This document shows positions 1 through 10,371 of a DNA stretch of 64,000 nt, one piece after another. Both the position numbers and the translations under genes were made by a program. Below the pieces are notes generated by a model. It saw only the letters and a program-made list of their open reading frames with translations, was not told where the DNA came from and did not search any database. Within the stretch, counting starts at the first letter, position 1. Every line of letters starts with the position of its first letter. This DNA comes from Turneriella sp. (GTDB lineage Bacteria; Spirochaetota; Leptospiria; Turneriellales; Turneriellaceae): the NCBI GenBank assembly GCA_965279515.1, contig CBDIID010000003.1:1472001-1536000 (forward strand). The letters are read 5' to 3'.

Positions 1-56
1 CGTAAAGGTCATTTTTTTAACTCATGTTTTCGGGCGATCGGCCGATGTGACATAAT

Positions 57-638
57 ATGGGAAAGACCGTGGTCCGTTTTGCGTTACTTCTAATACTTCT
101 GGCCTCTGCACTCGGTGCGCAGAATACACAGACGCCCGCGCCGCACCCGGTTTCCATGGTCGACGAGATGACACCGCTCGAAAGCGAGCAGGCAGATCTC
201 GCGCTGAGCCTCGCGCATTCACTGGCGCGCGAAAAAAAATTCCGCGAGGCGCTGCAGGCCTACCAGGAATTTGTCAAAGTTTTTGCGATGAGCCCGCGCC
301 TGAGGGAAGCGCGCGAAAGCATGGCGCGTATCTACGAACGCCGGCAGCGCTATGACCTTGCTATCCGCCAGTATGAGACACTCTACCGCGAGCTCGGCGT
401 CGGCGCATTGGGCTTGCTCTACCACCTCGAAGCAGCGCGCCTCCACGAACTGTCGGGCGACGAAGCCGCGGCTGTGGCAATCTACAAAGAACTCAACCAG
501 ATCGACCCGGGGTCAGAAGCTGCAACCAAGGCACGCGCGCGTATGGAAGCGCTGAACCTGATGCAAAAAACCGGGGATTACATTTCGAAAGAGACGACGG
601 CGACGGAAGCTAAGAAAGCAGATAACTCCACCCCTTAA
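57..638 (+). CDS. Exported TPR-repeat protein (BamD/CpoB-like)
   Basis: Signal peptide followed by TPR-like helices (EALQAYQEFVKVF, LAIRQYETLY, AVAIYKEL). Confidence 0.75.
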   Translation: MGKTVVRFALLLILLASALGAQNTQTPAPHPVSMVDEMTPLESEQADLALSLAHSLAREKKFREALQAYQEFVKVFAMSPRLREARESMARIYERRQRYDLAIRQYETLYRELGVGALGLLYHLEAARLHELSGDEAAAVAIYKELNQIDPGSEAATKARARMEALNLMQKTGDYISKETTATEAKKADNSTP

Positions 639-739
639 CCCCTTCCCCACTAAGTAGAGAGGGGAAACCCTTTGCGTAGAAACTCAATGAAGAAACCCTC
701 TCCACGTTAGTGGGGAGGGTGGCCGAAGGCCGGGTGGGG
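630..739. repeat. GC-rich palindromic REP-like element (CCCTCTCC/GGGGAGGG family)
   Basis: 696-739 is a near-identical inverted copy of 7767-7813; lies between convergent genes. Confidence 0.75.
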
Positions 740-1630
740 TCAGTTCGTAAACAATTCGCCGCAGAAAGTATAGAAGGAATCTTGCTTAATGACCTGGCGC
801 AGGTCTTCGAGATAGTATTTCTGCTTCGCGGCATCGATATGGTACACCGGGCAGATCAGGCTGAACTGAGCCAGCATTTTGTCCCTGATCTTGGCATCGA
901 GTTTCACCGTATCGGTATAACCCGCGAGTAAAACGATATATTCTGCGAGAATCACGGGCAACAGCATCGGCTGCGTCGCCTCGATCTGCGCCGGGTCGGT
1001 AATTTTATAGCGCAACACTTCGCTGGCCTGAACGAGGTCGGGTGGAAAATTCCAGGATTTCATGGCAAATGCCGAAGCATCGGCAGAGGTGAATTGCCAC
1101 TTCATGTTCTCGAGCTGGTGGAGTTTCTCTTCGTCGACACCCTCGCCCGACATCTGGAAACAGATGGTATACTCTTCAGAGAACTGGTTCGCGAGAATCG
1201 ACTTGCCAATCTGGCGCAACAGCCCGATCATGAAGATCTCGTCTTTGAGTTTCTCTTTGCCCACCTTCTCAGCAATGATTTTCGCCACGAGCGCAGTCAG
1301 TACCGAACGCATCCACAGCTCTTTCATGATCTTGAAATTCCCTTTTTTGGGGATAATCGATGCAGCAGACACAAGCAGCGAAAGGCCCTTCACGGTTTTG
1401 AATCCCAATAAGGCAATTGCCTGCGACAGGTTTTGGATGCGGTTACCCCGCGCGTAAAAGGCCGAATTCGCCAGCTTCAGGATTTTTGTCGAAAGCGCCA
1501 TGTCGGCCTGGATGATATTTTTAATCTGTTCGGCCGAGACACTGACCTGGCTTTCGTCGATCTGCATGACACGTGCGGCGACCTGCGGCATCGGGGGCAG
1601 CTCTAAGTTTCTGAGTTGGTCGGCGAGCAT
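740..1630 (-). CDS. HDOD domain signalling protein
   Basis: LPPMPQVA..DMALSTKILKLANSAFY..AIALLGF HDOD signature. Confidence 0.9.
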   Translation of the reverse strand: MLADQLRNLELPPMPQVAARVMQIDESQVSVSAEQIKNIIQADMALSTKILKLANSAFYARGNRIQNLSQAIALLGFKTVKGLSLLVSAASIIPKKGNFKIMKELWMRSVLTALVAKIIAEKVGKEKLKDEIFMIGLLRQIGKSILANQFSEEYTICFQMSGEGVDEEKLHQLENMKWQFTSADASAFAMKSWNFPPDLVQASEVLRYKITDPAQIEATQPMLLPVILAEYIVLLAGYTDTVKLDAKIRDKMLAQFSLICPVYHIDAAKQKYYLEDLRQVIKQDSFYTFCGELFTN

Positions 1631-1682
1631 CTGTTTCCTGTGGTGCTTTCCTTTTTAATTTGTCAATTGATTCTCTTTAATC

Positions 1683-2396
1683 TCAAGGCGCCGCGTTTTG
1701 TTTAGGCGGGGGATTAACGCTTACACTACCCGTCTTCTCCCAGCTGGCGCGGCCATCGCCCGTCACAGGCATAGGCTTATCCTGCGACACGACAGGTTTC
1801 ACGGCATAGATATCCCATAACGATTTGAGGCGCGCGAGATATTCGCGTGCGCGTGCCTGCCAGGTGTTGTCAAACGAAGACGATTCGGCCGCAAAACCTT
1901 CGGCTTTGATGCCCTGCGATTCGGCGATGAGCAGCGCACGCGGCAGGTAAAGCTCCTGGCTCACGATAATGGCCGTCTTCACGGCAAAGGTTCCGCGCGC
2001 GCGCGCCATGGTATCATACGTACGTACCCCCGCATGGTCGAGAAAGATGTCTTCGGGTTTCACACCATGGCGCAGGCAGTAATCACGCATCGTGTGTACC
2101 TCGTCGTAGAACTTGCGCGTGTTGTCGCCCGAGAGCAAAAGTTTGGGTACAATCTCTTTATTATACAGCTCGATGCCGGCACGCAGCCGGTTGAGCAGTG
2201 TATTCGATGGCGTTTTGTTGGGCAAGACGCTGGCCCCCGGTATGAGGGCCACCTGGGCGGGGTGCGGCAAAGGGGGATTTACCGCCGACCGGAAGATTTT
2301 GTTCTTGCTGCGGCTGGCAATCCACCAGACCGAAGCCGCGGCAACGCCAGCTGTGATAAACGTCAGGAAGAAAGTATATTTTATCAGTCGGCGCAT
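1683..2396 (-). CDS. SanA/YdcF (DUF218) family protein
   Basis: LLLSGDN..YDEVHTM..DHAGVRTYDT..RAREYLAR; N-terminal TM helix; start placed at MRRLIK. Confidence 0.85.
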   Translation of the reverse strand: MRRLIKYTFFLTFITAGVAAASVWWIASRSKNKIFRSAVNPPLPHPAQVALIPGASVLPNKTPSNTLLNRLRAGIELYNKEIVPKLLLSGDNTRKFYDEVHTMRDYCLRHGVKPEDIFLDHAGVRTYDTMARARGTFAVKTAIIVSQELYLPRALLIAESQGIKAEGFAAESSSFDNTWQARAREYLARLKSLWDIYAVKPVVSQDKPMPVTGDGRASWEKTGSVSVNPPPKQNAAP

Positions 2397-2519
2397 CGTT
2401 TTAACCGGGGGTATGAATCTGGTTTTTAACAGCCACGCACAGCAAATTGTCAAATGAAAATCACTGTGTCCGCCTTTAATGGTTGACCCACTCTCTCTTT
2501 GCAGCGTCCTCGCCCGCAC

Positions 2520-3524
2520 GTGCGCTATGCCCTGAAGCGATTTCTATTGATGGTGCCGACCTTCATTGGCATCATCACAATTACGTTCTTTCTGACAAAG
2601 CTGCGGCCCGACGCGCTCAGCACAGCAGGCATGGGCCCCGACGGCATGAAAGAGAGCTCGGGTCTCGATGACTTCCAGAAAAAGATGCGCGCCTACTACG
2701 GCCTCGACCAGCCCATGCACGTGCAGTACCTGCGCCTGTGGAAAAATATCCTGACCCTCGATTTTTCAGAGAGCCGCATCGACCACCGGCCGGTCTTGAC
2801 CAAGATCGGCGAAGCGCTGCCGGTCACCCTGTTTTTTAATATCATCACGGTTTTTCTCGTCTATTCGATATCCATTCCCCTTGGGGTCTATATGGCGATA
2901 CACGACAATACGCGGCGGGAGAAGATTCTCGCAACAGGGCTCTACATACTCTATGCCCTGCCCGGCTTCTGGGTGGCGCTGATGCTGCTGAAATATTTTG
3001 GCTCGGCCGAATACCTGGACCTTTTTCCGTTGTCGGGCCTTGTCAGCCCGTATTATGCCAAACTCGCATGGTACCAGAAAATCGGCGATGTCTTATGGCA
3101 CCTGGTGCTACCGCTCACCGTCATGGTCTATGGTTCGTTCGCTTTCCTCGGCCGGTATATGAAATCCTCTTTTCTCGATGCGTTACGCTCCGATTACGTG
3201 CGCACAGCGCGTGCGAAGGGGTTGAAAAATAAAACCGTCATCTATGTGCATGCGCTGCGCAATTCTGTGATTCCGCTGGTGACGCTCCTGGGCGGGCTGT
3301 TGCCCTCACTCATTGGCGGCTCGGTGATACTCGAGCGGATCTTTTCGATACCCGGTATGGGAAAACTGGCTTACGACAGTTTTTATGCGAACGACGACAC
3401 GGTGATCATCGCCATTGTCTCCATTTCGTCGCTGCTGACCATGCTCGGTATTTTCCTTTCTGATATTGCCTACATGCTCGTCGACCCGCGCATCCGCTAC
3501 GGCCAGCAGACTGAAAAGACATGA
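2520..3524 (+). CDS. Peptide ABC transporter permease, DppB/OppB family
   Basis: YYGLDQP, DYVRTARAKGL, HALRN, LVDPRIR; start GTG 2520 or TTG 2499. Confidence 0.9.
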   Translation: MRYALKRFLLMVPTFIGIITITFFLTKLRPDALSTAGMGPDGMKESSGLDDFQKKMRAYYGLDQPMHVQYLRLWKNILTLDFSESRIDHRPVLTKIGEALPVTLFFNIITVFLVYSISIPLGVYMAIHDNTRREKILATGLYILYALPGFWVALMLLKYFGSAEYLDLFPLSGLVSPYYAKLAWYQKIGDVLWHLVLPLTVMVYGSFAFLGRYMKSSFLDALRSDYVRTARAKGLKNKTVIYVHALRNSVIPLVTLLGGLLPSLIGGSVILERIFSIPGMGKLAYDSFYANDDTVIIAIVSISSLLTMLGIFLSDIAYMLVDPRIRYGQQTEKT

Positions 3525-4492
3525 AGAGCCTGAGTTACTGGTTTTTGGGTGCCTTCATTGTTGTCGGTATTTTCGCACCCTTCATCGCCTCGTCACAACC
3601 TTTGCTGATCTACGATAAAGCCGGCTACGAGCAGAAGACGGGCATCCGTCTCAAACGCTCACCGCTATTCTACACCTTCTTCTACAGCGATGCCCAGGTC
3701 GAAAAGATCGAATACCGGAAACTCGCAGAGAAAGGGGAGATCGGCGCGATCTTCACGCTGATACCCTACTCACCCTACGAGGCCGAACTCGAGAATTACC
3801 TCAAGGGTCCTGAAATCTCGGGTAAACGTTTTAAACATTTCCTCGGTACCGACGAAAACGGACGGGACGTCGCGGCGCGCCTGGTGCGTGGCACGCGCAA
3901 TTCGCTCCTGGTCTCGCTGGTCGCCGTAGGCCTCGCGCTCTTTATCGGCGTGGTCATCGGCGCCGTGGCAGGTTATTTCGGCGGCTGGATAGACAACCTG
4001 ATCAGCCGCTTCATCGAAATCGTCATCTGCTTTCCGAAGCTCATCCTCATCATCGCCGTCATGGCGCTGAAAAAACCCTCGCTGCTGAACCTGATGATTG
4101 TCATCGGCATCACCAGCTGGACAGGCATCGCGCGCCTGATCCGCGGCGAGGTCATGCGTATCCGCAATTATGACTATGTGCAGAGCGCGCGGGCCATGGG
4201 GGCATCGAACTGGCGCATCATCTTTATCCATATTCTGCCCGCGACGGTCGGCCCGCTTTCCGTCACCGCCGCATTCGACGTTGCAGAAGCCGTGCTCACC
4301 GAATCGGCGCTGAGCTTTCTCGGCATCGGCGTGCCGATTCCCGAACCGTCGTGGGGCGATGTGCTCAAAACCGCACAGGACTTTCCCGACATCGCCTGGT
4401 GGATGACCTTATTTCCGGGACTTTTAATCTTTATGACTGTACTCACCTTTAACAATTTAGGAGACCGGTTGCGTTCGCGCTTCAACCGATAA
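3521..4492 (+). CDS. Peptide ABC transporter permease, DppC/OppC family
   Basis: HFLGTDENGRD, YVQSARAMGAS, ESALSFLGIG, PSWG; ATGA overlap with upstream permease. Confidence 0.9.
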   Translation: MKSLSYWFLGAFIVVGIFAPFIASSQPLLIYDKAGYEQKTGIRLKRSPLFYTFFYSDAQVEKIEYRKLAEKGEIGAIFTLIPYSPYEAELENYLKGPEISGKRFKHFLGTDENGRDVAARLVRGTRNSLLVSLVAVGLALFIGVVIGAVAGYFGGWIDNLISRFIEIVICFPKLILIIAVMALKKPSLLNLMIVIGITSWTGIARLIRGEVMRIRNYDYVQSARAMGASNWRIIFIHILPATVGPLSVTAAFDVAEAVLTESALSFLGIGVPIPEPSWGDVLKTAQDFPDIAWWMTLFPGLLIFMTVLTFNNLGDRLRSRFNR

Positions 4493-4495
4493 CAT

Positions 4496-5173
4496 ATGAA
4501 CCTCACCGGCATCGATCAAAATCTCTGGCTGAAAACCTACCCCGCGATTGCGGCAAATGCCCTGCTGCTGCTCTATGCGATCTTCGCCAAACCGCGGCTG
4601 AGGGCATACCTGGTCATCTTCTCGGCCACAACACTGGTGGATATTCTCGTGGCATCGAAGATTTTGCCGATGGGAAACCCGGACGCACAGACGGCGGTGG
4701 AATATATTTTCGTTCTCATCGGCGACCTGCGTTTTATCATTTTGCTGGCGTTTCTGCTCTATGCCCAGAAGAGCATGAGCGATCTCGCCAGCTTCAGCCT
4801 CGACGGTTCGGTACTCAAACCTGCCATCATCTTCGTGATGTTTGATTCGCTGCTGATACGGGCGATAGAATTCGCCAAACCGGAAATTTTTGCCGAGCCG
4901 CGCTACAAGTTTCTAACCTATGAATTAATCTTTTTTGCGCTGACCTTCCTCTGGATCTTCGCCGTCATGCCGCAGAAGAATATCGCCGAACCCGAGCGCA
5001 AATTCTTGAAACGCGCGGCAATCCCCGTATTTATCTTCTATGGCCTGTGGCCGCTCGCTGACATTCTGATACTCAAGGGTATCGACTTCGGTTATGCGCT
5101 GCGTGTGGTCCCCAACCTGACGTATTATTGCGTCTTTCTTTGGTGGGTACACCTCGTTTCCAGGCGTGCCTGA
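4496..5173 (+). CDS. Multi-pass membrane protein of unknown function
   Basis: 225 aa with several hydrophobic segments; 3 nt after dppC-like gene. Confidence 0.65.
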   Translation: MNLTGIDQNLWLKTYPAIAANALLLLYAIFAKPRLRAYLVIFSATTLVDILVASKILPMGNPDAQTAVEYIFVLIGDLRFIILLAFLLYAQKSMSDLASFSLDGSVLKPAIIFVMFDSLLIRAIEFAKPEIFAEPRYKFLTYELIFFALTFLWIFAVMPQKNIAEPERKFLKRAAIPVFIFYGLWPLADILILKGIDFGYALRVVPNLTYYCVFLWWVHLVSRRA

Positions 5174-5212
5174 ATCGGCTTGACGCGGCATAATCGCGCG
5201 TTACGGTCAGGT

Positions 5213-5782
5213 ATGGCAGTCGCTGAGAAGCTGACCAACTATCACGGCCTTCGCGTCACACGCGAAGAATACCTCGATCTCGACGATGATGGAAATAAAT
5301 ATGATATGGTAGATGGAGTACTTATCATGGCACCGGGCGCTGAATTCGAACATGGAAAACAGCAAGCGATGATGGTTCACTTGCTGCGACAATATTTGGA
5401 TACACACCGTTTGGGTGAAATCGCTCTCGAAATTGATATTTTTCTTCCGGACGCGGGTGATGTCTTGCGGCCCGACATCTCATTGATTCTAAATCAAAAT
5501 ATGGGTATCGTCAGGAAACATATCCATGGCGCACCTGATCTCGTGGTTGAGGTGCTTTCCGAAAGCACGCGTAGCCGCGATCTGGGCATCAAGGCAGATC
5601 GCTACCTGAAATGTGGCGTTAAAGAATACTGGATTATTGATCCACAAGCCAAGACAGTGCAGGTTTGGATTAACCGCTTAAATCTGTGGGAGAAACGGGA
5701 AGGGTCAACCCCTGAAAGCGAACTCTTGCCCGGCTTTAGTGTCGCCGCCGACCAACTGTTTTCTTCTTTCCGCGCTGAGTAA
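5213..5782 (+). CDS. Uma2 (DUF820) family endonuclease
   Basis: LRPDI, GAPDLVVEVLSEST..D..K..Y..GVKEYWIIDP, SELLPGF. Confidence 0.9.
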   Translation: MAVAEKLTNYHGLRVTREEYLDLDDDGNKYDMVDGVLIMAPGAEFEHGKQQAMMVHLLRQYLDTHRLGEIALEIDIFLPDAGDVLRPDISLILNQNMGIVRKHIHGAPDLVVEVLSESTRSRDLGIKADRYLKCGVKEYWIIDPQAKTVQVWINRLNLWEKREGSTPESELLPGFSVAADQLFSSFRAE

Positions 5783-5800
5783 ATCCCCCTGAGTTTGCCC

Positions 5801-6097
5801 ATGGCTATCAGCGTCGCCGAAGTACAAAAAATTGCGGGTCTCTCGAAACTGCGCCTCGAAGGGCCAGAGCTCGAAAAGATGGCGCACGATTTTAACGGCA
5901 TTCTCGACTTTGTCGCACAGATCAAAACCGCCGACACGCAGGGCGCCCCGGCACTGGATCACCCGCTGGGCCACAGCAACGCCGACCGCGAAGACAAACC
6001 GACTGCGTCGATCGACCAGGACGCAATCCGTAAGTTCGCCCCAAAATTTGAGGCGGGCTTTTTCGTCGTGCCGCGCGTTATCGAGACCGAAGGCTAA
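5801..6097 (+). CDS. gatC: Asp/Glu-tRNA amidotransferase subunit C
   Basis: EVQKIAGLSKL, ILDFV, RED, FFVVPRVIE; no gatA/gatB adjacent. Confidence 0.9.
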   Translation: MAISVAEVQKIAGLSKLRLEGPELEKMAHDFNGILDFVAQIKTADTQGAPALDHPLGHSNADREDKPTASIDQDAIRKFAPKFEAGFFVVPRVIETEG

Positions 6098-6114
6098 CAC
6101 AGCACCGGAGTCTC

Positions 6115-6720
6115 TTGCAGCACTCCGAAGAATTCTCACTCTACCAGAAGTTCCTGGTCTCAGACCAGAGAGAAAAACTCATCAGCCCCCCAATCTACAC
6201 GACCGCGATCTCGCGCGACGCGCGCGACAATTTAAACGTGCTCGATTTTGGCTGCGGCCACGGTTATGTGGCGATGCTACTGGCGCTCTTGCCCCTCAAC
6301 GGCATACGCGTCTATGCCTGTGACACCGATGAAGAGTGCCTCGACGTGCTGTGGGGCCGCATCGCGCAGCGCGAGGTGAAAAATCTCACCGCATTCCATA
6401 TGCCGAACTATTCGCAGATCTATATACCCGGCTGGTTGCCGCCGATCGACTATGTCTTCGCCTCGTTCAGCATGTCATCGCTCGAGCACCCCGATATCGG
6501 CCTGCCGCAGCTGGTGAAGCAGACGCCACCGGGCACACAGTTCCACTTTGTCGAATGGGATCCGGAAAAGTCGCACACGGCACTGGACGTCTATGTACCG
6601 CGTGCGCGGCGCATCGCCATCGGGGATTTTAAACAGCTGCTCATGTACAGCGGCCTGACGATACAGCACGAAGAGAGCGGCAAGCAGCTCTACTACACGA
6701 TGCGCGCGACGAAGGTATAA
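6115..6720 (+). CDS. Class I SAM-dependent methyltransferase
   Basis: VLDFGCGHG motif I; VYACD. Confidence 0.8.
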   Translation: MQHSEEFSLYQKFLVSDQREKLISPPIYTTAISRDARDNLNVLDFGCGHGYVAMLLALLPLNGIRVYACDTDEECLDVLWGRIAQREVKNLTAFHMPNYSQIYIPGWLPPIDYVFASFSMSSLEHPDIGLPQLVKQTPPGTQFHFVEWDPEKSHTALDVYVPRARRIAIGDFKQLLMYSGLTIQHEESGKQLYYTMRATKV

Positions 6721-7707
6721 TTAGAACCGGAGCGCGGTGCCGACAGCGGCGCCGACGAGACCCGAGGTAAGGTCGACCTGCGCCTCGACGCCGATATCCA
6801 GAACGATGAGGGAGATCTCGAAGCCGAACATCAGGCGGTGCGTGATAAGGCGCGCGGCCTGACGCTCTGAGATGACGATCGAGCCGTTGCCGGTATAGGT
6901 ACCAACCGCCATATCGCCACTGATGTTGAGGCCCGTGGTGAACTGGCCCACCTGCATGCCGAGCGAGTAGCCCACAAATGGATGGAAAAATTTCAGATCA
7001 TACCAGAAGCGCGCCTCGGGACCAAAGCCGAAATACTGCCATTCTGTGGAAATCGCCGAAGTGACGTTTGTGAGTGCGATATTACCCGAATTGACACTTT
7101 GCCCTGTCTGGGTCAGGCCCAAGCCGCCCGTTGTATAAGAGGCGAACCCAGCCAGGGTGAATCCCGGTTTTAAAAAACCACCCTCAAGAATATGATAACC
7201 CAACCGCGCGCGGTAGGTACCCAACTTGACCGAGCCTGAAGTACCGTTGCCAAAGGTGCCCGAACTCAGCGCAATCGGCACGTTGGGAAAAAATGAAAAG
7301 CGGAGATCCCAGCTGCGGGTGATACCGACGCCGAAATTGAACGAAATATTCGGCGCGGGCAGATAGCTCGGCACATTGCTCTGTATCGATGAATCAACTT
7401 CACTCTTGAGCTGGTTCACCCGGCCGAACGAGACACCGAGGCCAATGCCGACATAGAGCGACGGAAATTTACCGAGATTATCGCGCGCATTGGGCGCAGA
7501 GAGGTGCGAAGCGAAGGCCATCGCCTCGCCGTAATATTTCGAAAAAGAACTCGCAAACTGCGTGTACTTGGCATCAAGGGCATTCGCGTCAGCGAGGTTG
7601 GTGCCAGAAAGACCGCTGAAATTGACGGTGGCTCCCAGGCCCGTTGTGGCCGCTAAGGCGATGGCCATGCTGGCAATCGCTGAAATTCTGTAAGATCGGG
7701 GAAACAT
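6721..7707 (-). CDS. Outer-membrane/surface beta-rich protein (Lsa36-like)
   Basis: Signal peptide, amphipathic beta-strands, C-terminal Phe (TALRF); start 7707 or 7716. Confidence 0.6.
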   Translation of the reverse strand: MFPRSYRISAIASMAIALAATTGLGATVNFSGLSGTNLADANALDAKYTQFASSFSKYYGEAMAFASHLSAPNARDNLGKFPSLYVGIGLGVSFGRVNQLKSEVDSSIQSNVPSYLPAPNISFNFGVGITRSWDLRFSFFPNVPIALSSGTFGNGTSGSVKLGTYRARLGYHILEGGFLKPGFTLAGFASYTTGGLGLTQTGQSVNSGNIALTNVTSAISTEWQYFGFGPEARFWYDLKFFHPFVGYSLGMQVGQFTTGLNISGDMAVGTYTGNGSIVISERQAARLITHRLMFGFEISLIVLDIGVEAQVDLTSGLVGAAVGTALRF

Positions 7708-7766
7708 CGCAAACATATAAGACGCGCCTTCGTTCCTTATATCGACATTGTAAAGCGCATACTCAA

Positions 7767-7829
7767 CCCCACCCCGGCCTACGGCCACCCCTCCCCACTA
7801 ACGTGGAGAGGGGCCGTAGGGGGTGGGGT
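7767..7829. repeat. REP-like palindromic element (same family as 696-739)
   Basis: CCCCACCCCGGCCTACGGCCACCCCTCCCCACTAACGTGGAGAGGGG. Confidence 0.75.
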
Positions 7830-7852
7830 TAACTTCGCAAATCTCTTGACTC

Positions 7853-7876
7853 GACGCTGACCGATCGGTCAGCGTC
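7853..7876. promoter_or_regulatory. Perfect 24-bp palindrome, probable TetR operator
   Basis: GACGCTGACCGATCGGTCAGCGTC just after a TTGACT -35 and upstream of the desaturase-tetR pair. Confidence 0.8.
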
Positions 7877-7892
7877 AATGCAGTGAGGAAAA

Positions 7893-8873
7893 ATGAAGCC
7901 TAAGGATGTACTGACCTCAGCAGAGATGGAAATCCTGCTGAAAAAATCGGATCTTCGCGGTGCTATGGAAATCCTCAGCAGCTGGGGACTCATCGCTTTT
8001 TCATTTGCGATCGTTGCCCTCTGGCCGCACCTGCCGACGATCTTTGTGCCGATTCTCACCGCGCTCGTCATTCTTGGCAACCGCCATCTCGCGCTGTCGA
8101 TTCTCGTGCACGATGCGGGCCACCACGCGCTCTTTAAGACGAAAGCCCTCAACGAGTTTTTCGGTAAGTGGTTTGCCGCCGCGCCCGAGATGCAGATTCT
8201 CGAAGGCTACCGCAAGTATCATCTGCAACACCATAAATATACCGGCGAAGATTTTCAGGGCGACAAGGGCGATCCTGACATCATTCTCACGCGCAACTAC
8301 CCGATCTCGAAAAAGAGTCTGCGCAAGTGGCTCATCAAAGACCTCACACTGCGTTCGGCGCCGCGTCTCTACCTTGGCCTTCTGGCGATGAATCTCGGCC
8401 TCATGAAGTATGATCTCTCAGGCCGTGTCGTGATGCTGCCCCAGCCGCAAAGATCTGTTTTTGGTTGGATTTCCCTCGGCGCCAAAAACCTCTTTCCGTT
8501 TCTCTTGAGTAATTCCGTGATTTTTACGATTCTCTATCTTACAGGAAACCCGTGGCTCTACCTCTTGTGGATTGTTTCGGCGATGAGCACCTTCCAGTTC
8601 TTTGTGCGCATCCGTTCGATCGCCGAGCACGGCATGCTGCCGCGTGTGAGCGACATGTTCAAAAACACACGCACGACCGAAGTCCGCTGGTGGGAGCGCA
8701 TCACCTTCGCACCCCACCACGTGAACTACCACATGGAGCACCATTTTCTGATGGCGGTGCCGTCGTACCGCCTGCCGCTCATGCACAAGATCTTGAAAAG
8801 CCGCGGCGTGTTCGATAACGTCTATGTGGCGCAGGGGTATGGTGATGTGCTGCGGCTGGCAACGGCGAAGTAG
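7893..8873 (+). CDS. Fatty acid desaturase family protein
   Basis: His boxes HDAGH, HLQHH, HMEHH. Confidence 0.9.
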   Translation: MKPKDVLTSAEMEILLKKSDLRGAMEILSSWGLIAFSFAIVALWPHLPTIFVPILTALVILGNRHLALSILVHDAGHHALFKTKALNEFFGKWFAAAPEMQILEGYRKYHLQHHKYTGEDFQGDKGDPDIILTRNYPISKKSLRKWLIKDLTLRSAPRLYLGLLAMNLGLMKYDLSGRVVMLPQPQRSVFGWISLGAKNLFPFLLSNSVIFTILYLTGNPWLYLLWIVSAMSTFQFFVRIRSIAEHGMLPRVSDMFKNTRTTEVRWWERITFAPHHVNYHMEHHFLMAVPSYRLPLMHKILKSRGVFDNVYVAQGYGDVLRLATAK

Positions 8874-8874
8874 T

Positions 8875-8954
8875 CCCCACCCCCGGCCCCTCCCCGCATG
8901 CGGGGAGGGGAGTAACGGGCTCCTCCCCCGCTTGCGGGGGAGGCTGGGAGGGGG
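8875..8954. repeat. REP-like double hairpin (CCCCTCCCC/GGGGAGGGG)
   Basis: CCCCTCCCCGCATGCGGGGAGGGG and CCTCCCCCGCTTGCGGGGGAGG. Confidence 0.7.
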
Positions 8955-8956
8955 AC

Positions 8957-9568
8957 ATGACTGAATTCCAAATTACCGTCTTCCACTCCGCCCAAGAGCT
9001 CTTCGCGCTCGCGGGCTACGAAGGCACCAGCATTAGTGGTATTGCCGCGAAGGCCGGCATTGCCAAATCGACAGTGTTGCACCATTTTCCGTCAAAGCTC
9101 AGGCTTTACCAAAGGGTGATGAAGTATTCGATCGATCAGTTCACCGCCATTCTCGAAGGCGGCACGGCGGTTGAAGATGCCGAGGCGCAGATTGTCGCCA
9201 CCTTCAACCGCCTGCTGCGCTGGATGATCGCCGAACCAATCCACGCAAAACTCTTGAACCGTATCTTTCTCGATAACCCGCAGTCTGCGCCGGTTGCGGC
9301 GAAGAAGTATTGGCTGCCATTGATGGCTCGGCTCACCGAAATCTTTCCGCCGGATTTCCCCATGGAAAAGGAAGAACTGCGCTTATTTATCCTCTTTATA
9401 ATCAACTCGGTGTTCCAGATGGCGCTGAGTATCGAACTGCAGGTGCTGCTGATCGGCGAGCGTATCAGCCGCGACGAGCTGTGCCGCCGTTATGAAAGTC
9501 TCGTCGCAACGATTATCCGCGAGCGCCTGTTTTCTGCGCCAGAAGTTATCCCCCTAGCCCCCCGCTGA
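8957..9568 (+). CDS. TetR/AcrR family regulator
   Basis: LFALAGYEGTSISGIAAKAGIAKSTVLHHFPSK. Confidence 0.9.
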   Translation: MTEFQITVFHSAQELFALAGYEGTSISGIAAKAGIAKSTVLHHFPSKLRLYQRVMKYSIDQFTAILEGGTAVEDAEAQIVATFNRLLRWMIAEPIHAKLLNRIFLDNPQSAPVAAKKYWLPLMARLTEIFPPDFPMEKEELRLFILFIINSVFQMALSIELQVLLIGERISRDELCRRYESLVATIIRERLFSAPEVIPLAPR

Positions 9569-10066
9569 TTTGGCGGAGGCATTTTCTGTCTCGTCGCCGA
9601 AACTGAATTTCAGCAGCGAGTGGAAAAGCCAGGTCACGGCCAACGCAATGATACAGCCCGCAACAACGGCGGCGACGCGCGTGAAGGCCGCTTCCCAGGG
9701 GTTGGTGGCGCCGGTGCTCATCAGCGTGATAATGAGCGCGGCGAGGGTCGAGCGCGAGGCTTCGAGAATTTTCAGGCGGTGGCAGATAAAGAGCGCGACC
9801 GCGGCGCCGGCGATGATGTGCACGGGGTTGGCGATTTCGGCGAACAGAAAAAGCACGCCGGTGAGGCAGCCGACGATGTTGCCTTTGATGCGCATGAAGG
9901 CGAGCGCCTGCGCGTCTTTGCCTTCGGGTGAGAGCACCAGCACGACAGAGATCAACGACCAGATATAGTCGATGCGCGTCACGGCGAACGACAGTGCAAA
10001 GCAGGCGAGCACCCCGGCCGCCACCTTGCCAATATAGACGGCGGTGCTCTTCTTTTCTGGGGTCAT
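9554..10066 (-). CDS. FUSC/aromatic acid exporter family membrane protein
   Basis: WSLISVVLVLSP..RIKGNIVG..FTRVAAVVAG. Confidence 0.75.
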   Translation of the reverse strand: MTPEKKSTAVYIGKVAAGVLACFALSFAVTRIDYIWSLISVVLVLSPEGKDAQALAFMRIKGNIVGCLTGVLFLFAEIANPVHIIAGAAVALFICHRLKILEASRSTLAALIITLMSTGATNPWEAAFTRVAAVVAGCIIALAVTWLFHSLLKFSFGDETENASAKSAGG

Positions 10067-10110
10067 GCTTGTGTTTACACTATACAAAAAGATGGGGAGG
10101 ATGGAAAATA

Positions 10111-10371
10111 ATGCTGAAAAAACTCGAAAAATTCATGGAAGCCTATGGCAAGCTGAAGTGGTCAGTATGGTTTTGGGCGCTCGTCGTCATTGTGCCGGTC
10201 AGCCTAGTGCTCGCTGCCTACGATGGCGTGCGGCTACTTTTGGGCACGGTTCCACCACAGAGCCACGCAAAAGCCGTGGAGAACGTCGCCATTCGCGGCG
10301 TGGCTGGCGTGGTGTTGGGATTGATCTGGTACTTCATGATGTATCGGCCGGCGGCGCGGGAGAAGAAATAA
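10111..10371 (+). CDS. Small two-TM hypothetical protein
   Basis: GGAGG upstream of ATG 10111; two hydrophobic helices. Confidence 0.55.
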   Translation: MLKKLEKFMEAYGKLKWSVWFWALVVIVPVSLVLAAYDGVRLLLGTVPPQSHAKAVENVAIRGVAGVVLGLIWYFMMYRPAAREKK

